Source of the DNA: an uncultured delta proteobacterium
GTDB lineage: Bacteria > Myxococcota > Kuafuiibacteriia > Kuafuiibacteriales > Kuafuiibacteriaceae
Reading direction: 5' to 3'
NCBI GenBank assembly: GCA_963803435.1
Contig: CAWDML010000001.1
Span: forward strand, 1,920,001-1,984,000
DNA: 64,000 nt
Shown in pieces: positions 21,151 to 30,680 of this stretch. Positions within the stretch are counted from its first letter, which is position 1; every line of letters begins with the position of its first letter. The position numbers were made by a program, and so were the translations under genes. The notes beneath the pieces were generated by a model. That model made no database searches. It was not told where the DNA came from and was given only the letters and a program-made list of their open reading frames with translations.

Positions 21151-24117
21151 CTAAAACCGCGTTCCTCTCCACTTCCGGAGCGCCTCCAGCTGCTCGTCCA
21201 TGCGCTTGTCCGATCGCATGTGCGCTTCGGCGGCGCGGACCAGCGCTCGGGCGCGGGGGCGATCGTGGCCGGAATCGTAGAGGGCCTGGCCGAGGAGGGC
21301 ATCGATCCAGGCCAGGTCGCCGGGGTCGTTGCCGCGGGCAGCGGAGAGCGCGTGGGCCTTCTCCAAGGGGAGGATCGCGTCGGCGGGATGGCCGAGGGCG
21401 AGGTGGGCGCTGGCGATGGTGCGGAGGAGATCGGCGTCGTCGTGGTCGGAGCCGAGCAGGCGGGCTTGCATCTGCTCGCTCTCGGTGGCGGCGGTGAGAG
21501 CGGCGGCGGGCTGGTGGAGGTCGAGGTCAATCAGGGCGAGGGTGTGGAGGGCCTCGGCGATGCTCGGGTGCTCGGGTCCGAAGAGCGTGTGGTAGCCGGT
21601 CAGCGCGCGCTCGAGGGTGGACTTGGCGTCGGCGGGGCGGTCGTCCGTCTGGAGCGCGAGGGCGAGGCTCTCGAGGTGGCTCAGGGTGGTCGGGTGCTCT
21701 GCGCCCAGGAGCTTCTCGTCCATGGCCACCGCGCGCTCGATGATCGCGACGCTCTCCTTCGTCTTGCCCTCCCAGCCGTAGACGAGGCCGAGGTTGTGAA
21801 GCGTGTTGGCGATGCTCGCGTGCCCGGGTCCGAAGACGTGCTCGCGGACCGCGAGGGCCCGCAGGTAGTGCTCCTCGGCCTTCGCGTATTCGCCTTCGAG
21901 ATACTCGGCGCCCGCGATCGACTCGTAGGTGGCGGCGACCTCCGGGTGATCGTCGCCGAGGACCTCCTGGACCTGCGCCAGCGCCTCGGTCTGATACGGG
22001 ATGGCGCGCGCCGGCTCGTCGCGCTGCAGCGCGATCCACGCGAGGGTCCGGAGCGGCTCGACGGCGCGCAGGTCGTCGACGCCGAAGCGGCGGCGATAGA
22101 GGGCGAGGCTCCGCTCGGCGTCGTGCTGGGCGTCGTCGAACCGGCCTTGATCGGCGGCGATCTGGGCGGTCGCCATCGCGAGCGCGGCCTCGAGCTCGTC
22201 GTCGCCGCCGAGGCGTGCCAGCGCCGCGGTCACCCGCGGGACCATCGCGAGGGCGTCCCGCGGGCGGGCGCGATCGTGCCCGATGACGCCGATCAGCCGG
22301 ATCCAGGTCTCCGCTGCGATCCGATCGCAGCGGGCCGCCTCCGCCGTCCAGAGCGCGCGGTCGAGGCTCTTCTCCGCCAGGTCGAGATCGCCCATCTTCT
22401 CGGCGAGCCCGCCCAGCCGCGCGGACGCCTCGGCCTCGAGCGGGCGGTCGCCGATCGCCTCGGCCTTCTCTGCGATGGCGCGCGCCGCGGCCAAACCGTC
22501 GGCGTAGCGGCCCACCGCCTCGAGCGACCCTGCGCGCCCCAGCTCGACCGCTACCGCCTCCACCTCTCGGGCTCGCGCCGGCTCCGGGGGCGGGCAGCTC
22601 ACGGCGAGCGAAGCGGCGGTGGGCCCACAGGCGCTCAGATCGGGGAGCCTCTGCGCCGCCTGGACCGCGTTGTCGAGCGTCGCGCGGTCCGCTTCAATCA
22701 GCCGATCTCCGAGGGCGCGCACGTCGCGGAGCCGTGCGTCGAGGCAGGCCATCCTGCGACCCAGGAGCTCGTCCGACTGTTCGCCGCGGATGCGCGTCGC
22801 CTCGCAGGCCTCGGTCCGCATCTGGACCCACCGGTGCGTGTACGCATCGAGCGCTTCCGCCACCCGCTCGAAGGACGACGCCGCGTAGCGCTGGCCGGTC
22901 GCGCGGAGGCCGGACTCGATCGCGCGCCGGCGGGGTGCATCCCAGACCCCGGCCAGGCGATCGCCGGCGCTGCGACAGACCCGTCCCGCGTCGGTGAAGT
23001 GCTGGGCGGCCGCCGCCGTCGCGATCACCAGCGCGAGCGCGGCCGCGGCCAGCGCGATCCGGCGCGGGCGCCGCCACGGGTCGCGGGCGAGCGCCGCGAT
23101 CAGCGCGTTCATGGTGGGGAACCGGTCCTCGGGCGCGATCGAGAGACCTCGCGCCAGCGTGCGATGGAGGTGGCGCGGCACGGTCGAGCCCCGGGGCGGA
23201 TCGGGCACGCGACCGCTCGCCATCGCCTCGCGGAGCGCCTCCCAGGTGCCCCCCGAGAACGGCCGATATCCGTAGAGGCCGAAGTACAGCGCGACGCAGA
23301 AGCTGAACTGGTCGCTCTTCGCGTCGGCCTCCTCGCCGCGGTGCTGCTCGGGCGCCATGAACGCCGGCGTACCGAGGAGCGTCCCCTCCTGCGTCAGCAA
23401 GGTCGCGACGCCCGAGGACGGGGCACCGCCGCCCTCGCCACCGGCTCCGCTCGCAGGCGCGCGCGCCAGGCCGAAGTCGGCGACGCGCACGCGGCCGTCG
23501 GCGCCGAGCAGCACGTTGTCGGGCTTGAAGTCGCGGTGGACCAGCCCGGCCGCGTGCGCGGCGGCGAGGCCGCGGCCGGCGTCGATGAAGCGATCGAGGA
23601 CCTCCCGCCAGGGACGCTCCGCGCGCGCGAGCCAGGCGGAGAGCGTCTCGCCCTCCACGTACTCCATCGCCACGAAGATCTGATCGCCGACAGTACCCAC
23701 GTCGTAGGCCGCCACCACGTTCGGGTGCTGGAGCCGCGCGAGCGCCTGCGCCTCCCGCCGGAGGCGGCTCGCGAGGGCCCGCCGCGGGCGCGGGATCTTG
23801 AGCGCCACCTTCCGCTCGAGCTCGGGATCGTGGGCCGAATACACGATCCCCATCGCGCCCTCAGCCTCGCGCTCGAGGACGACGTAGCGGCCGACGCGGG
23901 CGCCGGGCGCGAGCGCCTCGGCCTCGGGGCCACGCGGGCCGGTGGGCGCCTCGCGGTCCGCGGTGTCGGCGAGCGCCGAGAGCAGCTCGCGGCAGGCGGT
24001 GCATCCGGCGGCGTGGGCTTCGATGCGCGCGCGCTCGGCCTCCGATGCGCGGCCCTCGAGGAACGACAGCACGGCCTCGGTCTCGAGACACCCGGTGGTG
24101 GTTGTCGAGCCGGTCAA
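21151..24117 (-). CDS. Ser/Thr kinase with N-terminal zf-HC2, TM and TPR repeats
   Basis: HAAGCTAC; VALK, HRDFKPDN, DFG, GTPAFMAPE; kinesin-light-chain-type TPRs; TTG start at 24117 uncertain. Confidence 0.92.
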   Translation of the reverse strand: MTGSTTTTGCLETEAVLSFLEGRASEAERARIEAHAAGCTACRELLSALADTADREAPTGPRGPEAEALAPGARVGRYVVLEREAEGAMGIVYSAHDPELERKVALKIPRPRRALASRLRREAQALARLQHPNVVAAYDVGTVGDQIFVAMEYVEGETLSAWLARAERPWREVLDRFIDAGRGLAAAHAAGLVHRDFKPDNVLLGADGRVRVADFGLARAPASGAGGEGGGAPSSGVATLLTQEGTLLGTPAFMAPEQHRGEEADAKSDQFSFCVALYFGLYGYRPFSGGTWEALREAMASGRVPDPPRGSTVPRHLHRTLARGLSIAPEDRFPTMNALIAALARDPWRRPRRIALAAAALALVIATAAAAQHFTDAGRVCRSAGDRLAGVWDAPRRRAIESGLRATGQRYAASSFERVAEALDAYTHRWVQMRTEACEATRIRGEQSDELLGRRMACLDARLRDVRALGDRLIEADRATLDNAVQAAQRLPDLSACGPTAASLAVSCPPPEPARAREVEAVAVELGRAGSLEAVGRYADGLAAARAIAEKAEAIGDRPLEAEASARLGGLAEKMGDLDLAEKSLDRALWTAEAARCDRIAAETWIRLIGVIGHDRARPRDALAMVPRVTAALARLGGDDELEAALAMATAQIAADQGRFDDAQHDAERSLALYRRRFGVDDLRAVEPLRTLAWIALQRDEPARAIPYQTEALAQVQEVLGDDHPEVAATYESIAGAEYLEGEYAKAEEHYLRALAVREHVFGPGHASIANTLHNLGLVYGWEGKTKESVAIIERAVAMDEKLLGAEHPTTLSHLESLALALQTDDRPADAKSTLERALTGYHTLFGPEHPSIAEALHTLALIDLDLHQPAAALTAATESEQMQARLLGSDHDDADLLRTIASAHLALGHPADAILPLEKAHALSAARGNDPGDLAWIDALLGQALYDSGHDRPRARALVRAAEAHMRSDKRMDEQLEALRKWRGTRF

Positions 24118-24129
24118 GGCCTCCCTATT

Positions 24130-24963
24130 ATGCACGCCAACGTGGGGGACGCTGCGCCGCTCGTCGAGCTGGTCGAGTCGATCGTCACACACGCGCGCGA
24201 GGCCTGGCCGGGTGTCGAGCAAAGCGCGACCGAGCTGCTCCCGCACCTCGTCTCGAAGCTCGAGCCCGAGCGCCCGCCGGAGGAGGCGATGGAGGCCCTT
24301 CACACCGAGGACCTCTTCCTCGCCCACGCCTGCGTCCTGGGACGCCCGCGGGCGCACGAGGCCTTCGACGCCCTCGCCGCCGGCGTGATCGACCGGGCGA
24401 TGGCGCGGCTCGACGGCGGTGAAGCCGTCGCCGACGAGGTCCGCCAGCGCGTGCGCGAGCTGGTGCTGCTGCCCCGCGAGGACGGACCGCCGCGCATCGC
24501 CGACTTCTCCGGCAAGAGCTCGCTGGCCGCCTGGGTGAAGGTGATCGCGGTGCGCGAGGCGGTGCGGCTGATCAAGGAATCGCGCCGCGATGTGCCCGCC
24601 GACGACGACCAGCTCGCCGAGGCCCTCGCGCCCGACGCGGGCCCCGAGCTGGCGTACCTCAAAGGGTTGTATCGGGCGGAGTTCCGCGCCGCGGTGCGCG
24701 AGGCGATCGAGCTCCTCTCCGACCGCGAGAAGGTCTTGCTCCGCCAGAACGCGCTCGACGGCGTCAGCATCGATCGACTGGCCGCCCTCCACGGCGTGCA
24801 CCGGGCCACGGCGGCCCGGTGGATCCAGCGCGCCAAGGCCTCGCTCCTCGCCGGCACTCGACAGGTTCTCCTCGACCGGCTGAGAGTGTCGCCGCCGGAG
24901 CTCGAGAGCATCCTCCGTCTGATCGAGAGCCAGCTCGAGGCGAGCCTCGACGTCCTGCTCTGA
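24130..24963 (+). CDS. Myxococcales-type sigma-70/ECF family sigma factor
   Basis: HTEDLFLAHAC, PPRIADFSGKSSLAAWVKV and SIDRLAALHGVHRATAARW; divergent from kinase; start 24130 or 24142. Confidence 0.88.
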   Translation: MHANVGDAAPLVELVESIVTHAREAWPGVEQSATELLPHLVSKLEPERPPEEAMEALHTEDLFLAHACVLGRPRAHEAFDALAAGVIDRAMARLDGGEAVADEVRQRVRELVLLPREDGPPRIADFSGKSSLAAWVKVIAVREAVRLIKESRRDVPADDDQLAEALAPDAGPELAYLKGLYRAEFRAAVREAIELLSDREKVLLRQNALDGVSIDRLAALHGVHRATAARWIQRAKASLLAGTRQVLLDRLRVSPPELESILRLIESQLEASLDVLL

Positions 24964-24966
24964 CGG

Positions 24967-25185
24967 CTATTCAGGCTGACAGCTGCGCTTTCCCGTCTCC
25001 ATCTTCTGCTGGCACGAGAAGCCGCTGCAGCAGTCGGCGTTGCCCTGGCACGCGGCACCCTGATTTCCGCAGACCCGCGCCGGCTCGTCCGGGATCATGG
25101 GCGGCTTCGGTCCGGCGTGCGCGACGGCGCCCAGCCCTGCGAACAATGACAGCACCATGACCAGCTCGATAACGATATTCTTCAT
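24967..25185 (-). CDS. Small secreted six-cysteine (knottin-pattern) peptide
   Basis: GGAGG RBS; Sec signal ending AHA; C-X6-C-X5-CC-X4-C-X10-C. Confidence 0.8.
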   Translation of the reverse strand: MKNIVIELVMVLSLFAGLGAVAHAGPKPPMIPDEPARVCGNQGAACQGNADCCSGFSCQQKMETGKRSCQPE

Positions 25186-25240
25186 CCTCGTGTCCTCCTA
25201 TCGGTGAGAGGAGGGCTCGAGCCGCAGGTCGCAAACTTTC

Positions 25241-26392
25241 TCAGATCAGCTCGCGCGTGATCTCCGCCAGCCGCGGTCCGCTTCGCTCCCAGGTGAATGG
25301 CAGCACGCGGGCCCTCAAGCGCTGGGGATCGTGGTCTTCCGTCAACACCTGATCGAGCGCACGCGCGAGCCGGCCGGGATCCTCGGGTGGCACCAGTCGT
25401 CCCGCGGTGTCATCGACGAGCTCCGAGACCCCGCCGACGTTGCTCGCGACCACCGGCCGGCCCACCAGCAGCGCCTCCGCCACCACGCAGGGCAGACCTT
25501 CGCTGCGGGAGGGGAGCGCAAGGCAGCTTGCCATTGCGTAGCGCGCCGGAAGGTCCGACTGCTCCAGCTCGCCGGAGAACGTCACGCGCTCCGCGATCCC
25601 CAGGCGCGCGGCCTCGCCCCTCAGATCGAGCTCGCCCGGGTCAGGGCCGATCATCTCGAGGCGCGCGCTCTTGTTCTCCATCAGAGCCAGCGCTTCGAGC
25701 AAGATGTCGACGCCCTTGGCGCGGGTGAGGTGCCCGACGAACAGGATCGACGGCGGACGATCCTTCGCGCGCGGCGCCAGCGGGAAGAGCTCGGCCGAGG
25801 CGGTGAACGGAAGCACCTCCGCGCGCGCTCCCAGCAGCGCCAGGTCTTGCGCCAGGTGGTTCGAGACCGCGAGCACGCGCGCCGTCGAGGCGATCGCGCG
25901 GAGCGCCCGGCGCTTGCGACCGCTCCCCTCGATCACGCCTTTGGCCGCGTTCACGTCGGACCCGTGCGCCACCGCGATCGCAGGCGCGCCGAGCACGCGC
26001 GCGGCCATCGCCGCCGTGAAGCCGCCCTCGTCGAGAAAGGATCCGTGGAGGACGCGCGGTCGTCCGGCCCGCGGGCGGCGCAACAGATGGGTCGCGATCG
26101 CCGCGGTGGCCGACTCGGTGGAGCGTCGCGGGAGCGGCACGTACGGGATCAACGTGGGGCGCGGTATCAGCGCCAGCAGTCTCGCCTCGATCCCCTCGGG
26201 CCAGCGCCCCTGCACCTTGCGCAGCTGAGAGAACGGCACGGGGATCAGGACGTCGACGTCCAGATCTTCGGTGCGGACGAGGGCCTGAACCGCCTCCCAG
26301 GCGAACTCCGGCACCGGGCGCAGCAGGCTCCTCCGAGGAAAGATGACGTGTGCGATCAGCGTCCGCTTCACGCGCGGGCGGAAGCTTGCCAC
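25241..26392 (-). CDS. Glycosyltransferase family 4
   Basis: HGSDV, ILFVGHL..KG and LPSRSEGLPCVVAEA motifs. Confidence 0.92.
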   Translation of the reverse strand: MASFRPRVKRTLIAHVIFPRRSLLRPVPEFAWEAVQALVRTEDLDVDVLIPVPFSQLRKVQGRWPEGIEARLLALIPRPTLIPYVPLPRRSTESATAAIATHLLRRPRAGRPRVLHGSFLDEGGFTAAMAARVLGAPAIAVAHGSDVNAAKGVIEGSGRKRRALRAIASTARVLAVSNHLAQDLALLGARAEVLPFTASAELFPLAPRAKDRPPSILFVGHLTRAKGVDILLEALALMENKSARLEMIGPDPGELDLRGEAARLGIAERVTFSGELEQSDLPARYAMASCLALPSRSEGLPCVVAEALLVGRPVVASNVGGVSELVDDTAGRLVPPEDPGRLARALDQVLTEDHDPQRLRARVLPFTWERSGPRLAEITRELI

Positions 26393-26421
26393 CGACCAAC
26401 TCGAGACGGTAGGTCCGCGCC

Positions 26422-27219
26422 ATGATCGATCTGGAGCTCGCGATGAACGTGGCCAAGAGCGCGGCCGAGGCCGCCGCCCGAACCGCGCGGCCCCACTGGG
26501 AGAAAGGGGTAAACGTAGAGACCAAGGCCGATCGGTCGCCGGTGACCATCGCCGACCGAGAGTCGGAGGAGGTCATCATCCGGACGATCAAGAGCACCTT
26601 TCCGGACCACTCGCTCCTCACCGAGGAGAGCGGCGCGCACCCGGGTGATCCGGGCCGGCGCTGGATCGTCGACCCGCTCGACGGCACCCGCGGATTCACG
26701 CGCGGCGGCAAGTTCTGGGGACCGCTGGTCGCGTTCGAGCTCGACGGCGAGGTCGTGGCCGGCGCGATGGCGATGCCGGCGCTCAACCTGGTGTACTGGG
26801 CGGCCCAGGGCCGGGGGTGCTTTCGGAACGGCACACCCTGCCGCGTCTCCTCGATCGAGGACTGGAGCGCGTCGACCCTCTCGCTCGGCGAGCTCCGCCC
26901 CCTGCTCTCGGCGCCCCACACCGAGGGTGTGCTCGAGCTGATCCGCACCGCCGCCTCCGCCCGCGACTACGGCGATCTGGCGGGGTGTGCCCTCGTCCTC
27001 GACGGTCAGGCCGAGGCCTGGATCGAGGCCGGCGTGAAGCCGTGGGATCTCGGACCCGCCAAGATCCTGATCGAGGAAGCGGGCGGGCGGTTCACCAGCT
27101 TCGACGGCGATCAAAGCCTCGAGCCGGGAACCGCCATCGGTTCGAACGGCCGCGTCCACGGCCGCGTGCTCAGCGTCCTGGGGACCCGACCATCTGCCGA
27201 TACGCCGACGCGAACATGA
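26422..27219 (+). CDS. Inositol monophosphatase family / HisN-like phosphatase
   Basis: SPVTIADRESE, EE, WIVDPLDGTRGF and PWD motifs. Confidence 0.9.
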   Translation: MIDLELAMNVAKSAAEAAARTARPHWEKGVNVETKADRSPVTIADRESEEVIIRTIKSTFPDHSLLTEESGAHPGDPGRRWIVDPLDGTRGFTRGGKFWGPLVAFELDGEVVAGAMAMPALNLVYWAAQGRGCFRNGTPCRVSSIEDWSASTLSLGELRPLLSAPHTEGVLELIRTAASARDYGDLAGCALVLDGQAEAWIEAGVKPWDLGPAKILIEEAGGRFTSFDGDQSLEPGTAIGSNGRVHGRVLSVLGTRPSADTPTRT

Positions 27220-27874
27220 CGTACGAGATCGGGATGCTGACGAACATGCCGATGCCGCACGCCAGCGCGCCGACCATCGAGACGACGCCGGCCAGGAGCG
27301 CGAGCCCGAGCATGCCGAGCTTCTGATCGTTCGTCGCCTCCCAGGAGGCCTTCGCGGCGTCGACCGCGCCCATGCCGCGATCGACGATGAAGAACGGCGC
27401 GAAGTACAGCCGGACGCACACGCCCAGCATGATGCCGAACAGCGCGAGCTGGCCCAGGCTCATCACCGCGCTGGAGCGCACCGCCGCGCCGATCCCGACG
27501 ATCGCGTACGCCGGGATCAGCGGCACGATCATCACGAGCATCAGCAACAGCATGCTGCCCAGGACCTGACCGTAGTTCTGGAATCCGGAGAAGAGATCGT
27601 TGAACTCGGCGTGACCGTCCTGAAGGTTGAGCACGAACTTCACGCCGCCCCACGCGATCACCGGCACGAGCACGAAGATGCCGATGACGGTGATCTCGCT
27701 GATCGCCATGGCCAGACCACCGACGATCGCGACGCCGATGACGAGACCGAGATTGCCGGTGACGGCCTTCCAGCCGTCGTTGAATGCTTGACCGATATCG
27801 AAGCGGCCGGTGCCCGTGACCGGCGGAACGTTCGGCGACTGGGCGCGCGGGGCCTCGAAGGGATTCTGACTCAT
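27170..27874 (-). CDS. Integral membrane protein (DUF975-like)
   Basis: NPF.AP N-terminus; several TM helices; FNDLFSGF; ASWEAT. Confidence 0.75.
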   Translation of the reverse strand: MSQNPFEAPRAQSPNVPPVTGTGRFDIGQAFNDGWKAVTGNLGLVIGVAIVGGLAMAISEITVIGIFVLVPVIAWGGVKFVLNLQDGHAEFNDLFSGFQNYGQVLGSMLLLMLVMIVPLIPAYAIVGIGAAVRSSAVMSLGQLALFGIMLGVCVRLYFAPFFIVDRGMGAVDAAKASWEATNDQKLGMLGLALLAGVVSMVGALACGIGMFVSIPISYVMFASAYRQMVGSPGR

Positions 27875-27883
27875 CGGCGGAGT

Positions 27884-28651
27884 CTACCGCACGATCTGGA
27901 GCAAGCTCATCCGATCGAAGAGCAGAAGCACACCGGCCGTCTCCTCCGGCCCGAGGCCGGGTAAGGTCGGCTGATCGCCAAAGGATACCGCCCCCTCCGC
28001 CAGGCACCGGAGGCCCTGGAGCACGGGCGGCGGCAGGCCGTAGCTGTTCCGGGACTCGTCGTACGGCACCGTCAGGCGGACCCAGCGCCCGCGGACCCGC
28101 TCGACCACCCCCGCCTTCCGAGCCGAATTCGAGCGCACCACCATGCCGAAGGCGATGGCAGGTCGCACATCGACGTAAGTGGGATGGAAGTGCGAGAGCC
28201 GGGCCAGCCCCTCGCTGACCAGCACCGGCGCGTCTTCGTAGTCGTAGATCTGGAACAGCCGCCGCCGTCCCTGCTCGGCGCAGGCGCGGTTGAGGCCGTC
28301 GACATCGATGAGCCCCCGGCCGAGGAGTCGCTGCCCGAGCAACATCCCGTCCCGCGGCGCCTCCTCGATCAGCACCCGGTCGAGCGTCTCGGCATCGATC
28401 ACCTTGAGCTGGATGAGCACCTGGCCCAGGAGCTGGGCCTGCAGGTGCTTTTTCGGCGCCACCCCGACGACCGCACCCTCCCGCAGGTACACGTGATCGG
28501 GCGGGTGCTCACCGATGGAGATCGCGCCGGTGAGACGGCTCGCGTGCACCGCCAGCAACACCTCGTCGAGCGGGACCTGCGTCAGGCGAAAGCGGAGGAT
28601 CCCGCCGGGCGTGAGCCGCCGCAGGCCCTCCAGGATGGCCTCGTCCGTCAC
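27884..28651 (-). CDS. DUF4388-like protein
   Basis: VLLAVHASRLTG, VYLREG, LLGQVLIQ and LLGQRLL. Confidence 0.65.
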   Translation of the reverse strand: MTDEAILEGLRRLTPGGILRFRLTQVPLDEVLLAVHASRLTGAISIGEHPPDHVYLREGAVVGVAPKKHLQAQLLGQVLIQLKVIDAETLDRVLIEEAPRDGMLLGQRLLGRGLIDVDGLNRACAEQGRRRLFQIYDYEDAPVLVSEGLARLSHFHPTYVDVRPAIAFGMVVRSNSARKAGVVERVRGRWVRLTVPYDESRNSYGLPPPVLQGLRCLAEGAVSFGDQPTLPGLGPEETAGVLLLFDRMSLLQIVR

Positions 28652-28724
28652 CGCGCGCGAGGATACCAGAGGCTCGACCGCGGGGACCGTTGTCCACCCC
28701 GGTCCGCCATGCTAACGCCGCGCC

Positions 28725-29708
28725 ATGGCTCGCATTTCAGCGAGGTTCCTGGTCCTCGCCTCCGCGTTGTCGGGCGCGGCCGGCTGTCCGGCGTCCCCTC
28801 CGGCCGAGCCGCCCTATCCGGCGCCGGTGCTCGAGACCGGCGGCAAGGTCCTCACCCGGATCGGGCCCGTCACCCTCACCACCGCCGAGATCGAGAAGCG
28901 CATCCGGCAGCAGAGCCCCTTCGTCCGGGTCCAGCTCAAGGACCCCGCGAAGCTCGAGCAGTTCGTCGACGAGCAGATCCGGAACGAGGTGCTCGCCCAG
29001 GAGGCGTGGCGCCAGAAGCTGTACGACGATCCGGAGGTCGAGAGCGAGCTCCGCCGCGTGATGATCCAGAAGCTCATGCGAGATCACCTGCAGGCGGTGA
29101 AGGATCAGGTCGACACCACCGAGACCGAGCTGCGCGCCGCCTACCAGGAGCGCTTCGACGAGTTCAACAAGCCCGAGAAGATCCGCCTCTCCCAGATCGT
29201 CCGGTTCGTCGACGACGACCAGGAGCGCAAGGAGGCCCGGAAGCTCCTGGAGAGGGTGAAGGCCGACGTCCTCGAGCGCCAGAAGAAGAATGACCAGCGA
29301 GCCTTCGCTGAGGCCGCCCGCGCACACTCGGAGGACGACAACACCAAGCTGGGCGGCGGAGACCTCCAGTTCATGAGCAAGTCGGAGCTGTCGGCGCGCT
29401 ACGGCCCCGACGTCGCCGAGCACATGTTCTCCGCCGTCGAGATCGGCGACATGGCCATCGCAGACGCCCCCAACGCCGTCGTCCTCTTCAAGAAGACCGG
29501 CAAGCGGCGCGCCGTCGAGCGCACGCTGGAGCAGGTCAAGCCGCAGGTTCGCGGGGTGCTGCTCGGCGAGAAGCGGACCAAGGCCTTCGAGGCCTACGTC
29601 TTGGAGATCGAGCAGAAGAACGGGGTGAAGATCGATCTCGAGGCGCTCCCGTCGATCAAGGTCGACATGAACGCGGCCACCGAGCCCGGGGCGCCCGAGG
29701 ACGATTGA
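28725..29708 (+). CDS. Parvulin-type peptidyl-prolyl isomerase lipoprotein
   Basis: AAGC lipobox; FAEAARAHSED..GGDL. Confidence 0.88.
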   Translation: MARISARFLVLASALSGAAGCPASPPAEPPYPAPVLETGGKVLTRIGPVTLTTAEIEKRIRQQSPFVRVQLKDPAKLEQFVDEQIRNEVLAQEAWRQKLYDDPEVESELRRVMIQKLMRDHLQAVKDQVDTTETELRAAYQERFDEFNKPEKIRLSQIVRFVDDDQERKEARKLLERVKADVLERQKKNDQRAFAEAARAHSEDDNTKLGGGDLQFMSKSELSARYGPDVAEHMFSAVEIGDMAIADAPNAVVLFKKTGKRRAVERTLEQVKPQVRGVLLGEKRTKAFEAYVLEIEQKNGVKIDLEALPSIKVDMNAATEPGAPEDD

Positions 29709-30664
29709 TGCGAAGCCGCGCGCTCCTGCTGCTCTTCCTGGCCGGCTGTCCCCACGAGCGCGATCCTCGCTCGCTCCCGCTGGTGGAGATCCTCCCGGCC
29801 GGCGCCGCGGAGACGCAGCCCGCCATCGAGATCACCCCGCGGGATCTGAAGCGCGCGATCGCCCGTCTCCGCATCGAGCGCGAGGGCGTCGACGCCGGGC
29901 CGCTGCCGAAGAAGCTCAAGCAGCACGTCGTCGACCAGCTGATCGATCAGCGGATCCTCGCGATCGAGGCCGATCGGTTGAAGGTGGCAGTGTCGACCGT
30001 CGCGGTGGCGCGAGAGATCGCCGAGATGAAGCAGAGCCTCCCGCCCCACCGCTTCGAGCGTTTCTTGGTGGAGACGTATCAGACGGAGAAGGACCTCGAG
30101 CGCGCGATCGCCGAGCGGCTCGCCGCCACCCAGGTGATGGCGCGCGAGCTCGAGGGACAGGTCGAGGTGACGGACCAGGAGCTCGAGCAGGCCTGGCAGA
30201 GGATGCCGGAGGAGCAGCGGGTCCACCGTGCCCGCGTGCACGCCGCGCAGATCGTGGTGCCGACCGAGGACATCGGCCTGGCGATCGTGAAGAAGCTTCG
30301 CGCGCCCAAGCCCGCGGACTTTGCCGAGCTGGCCAAGGCGAACAGCATCGCGCCGGAGGCGGAACACGGCGGCGACCTCGGATGGTTCGAGAAGGGGGAC
30401 ATGCCGGCCGTCTTCGACCAGGTCTGCTTCTCGCTCGACCCGGGCCAGATCTCGGAGCTGACCGCCTCCGAGCTCGGCTATCACGTTTTCAAGGTGATCG
30501 AGCGCGAGGCGGAGCGGCCGATGACGTTCGAGGAGGCCAAGCCGCTGCTCCTCGAGCAGCTGAAGAGCGCTCGAGTGCGCACACGCGAGGACGCCCTCAT
30601 GAAGTCGCTGGCGTCGAGGTATCGCGTCGTGCGACACGACGACCGGATCGCCGCGATCGAATAG
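29708..30664 (+). CDS. Parvulin-type PPIase lipoprotein with SurA-like N domain
   Basis: LAGC lipobox; FAELAKANS, GGDLGWF and SELGYHVFKV. Confidence 0.9.
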   Translation: MRSRALLLLFLAGCPHERDPRSLPLVEILPAGAAETQPAIEITPRDLKRAIARLRIEREGVDAGPLPKKLKQHVVDQLIDQRILAIEADRLKVAVSTVAVAREIAEMKQSLPPHRFERFLVETYQTEKDLERAIAERLAATQVMARELEGQVEVTDQELEQAWQRMPEEQRVHRARVHAAQIVVPTEDIGLAIVKKLRAPKPADFAELAKANSIAPEAEHGGDLGWFEKGDMPAVFDQVCFSLDPGQISELTASELGYHVFKVIEREAERPMTFEEAKPLLLEQLKSARVRTREDALMKSLASRYRVVRHDDRIAAIE

Positions 30665-30680
30665 GGAAGATGGTGAAAGA

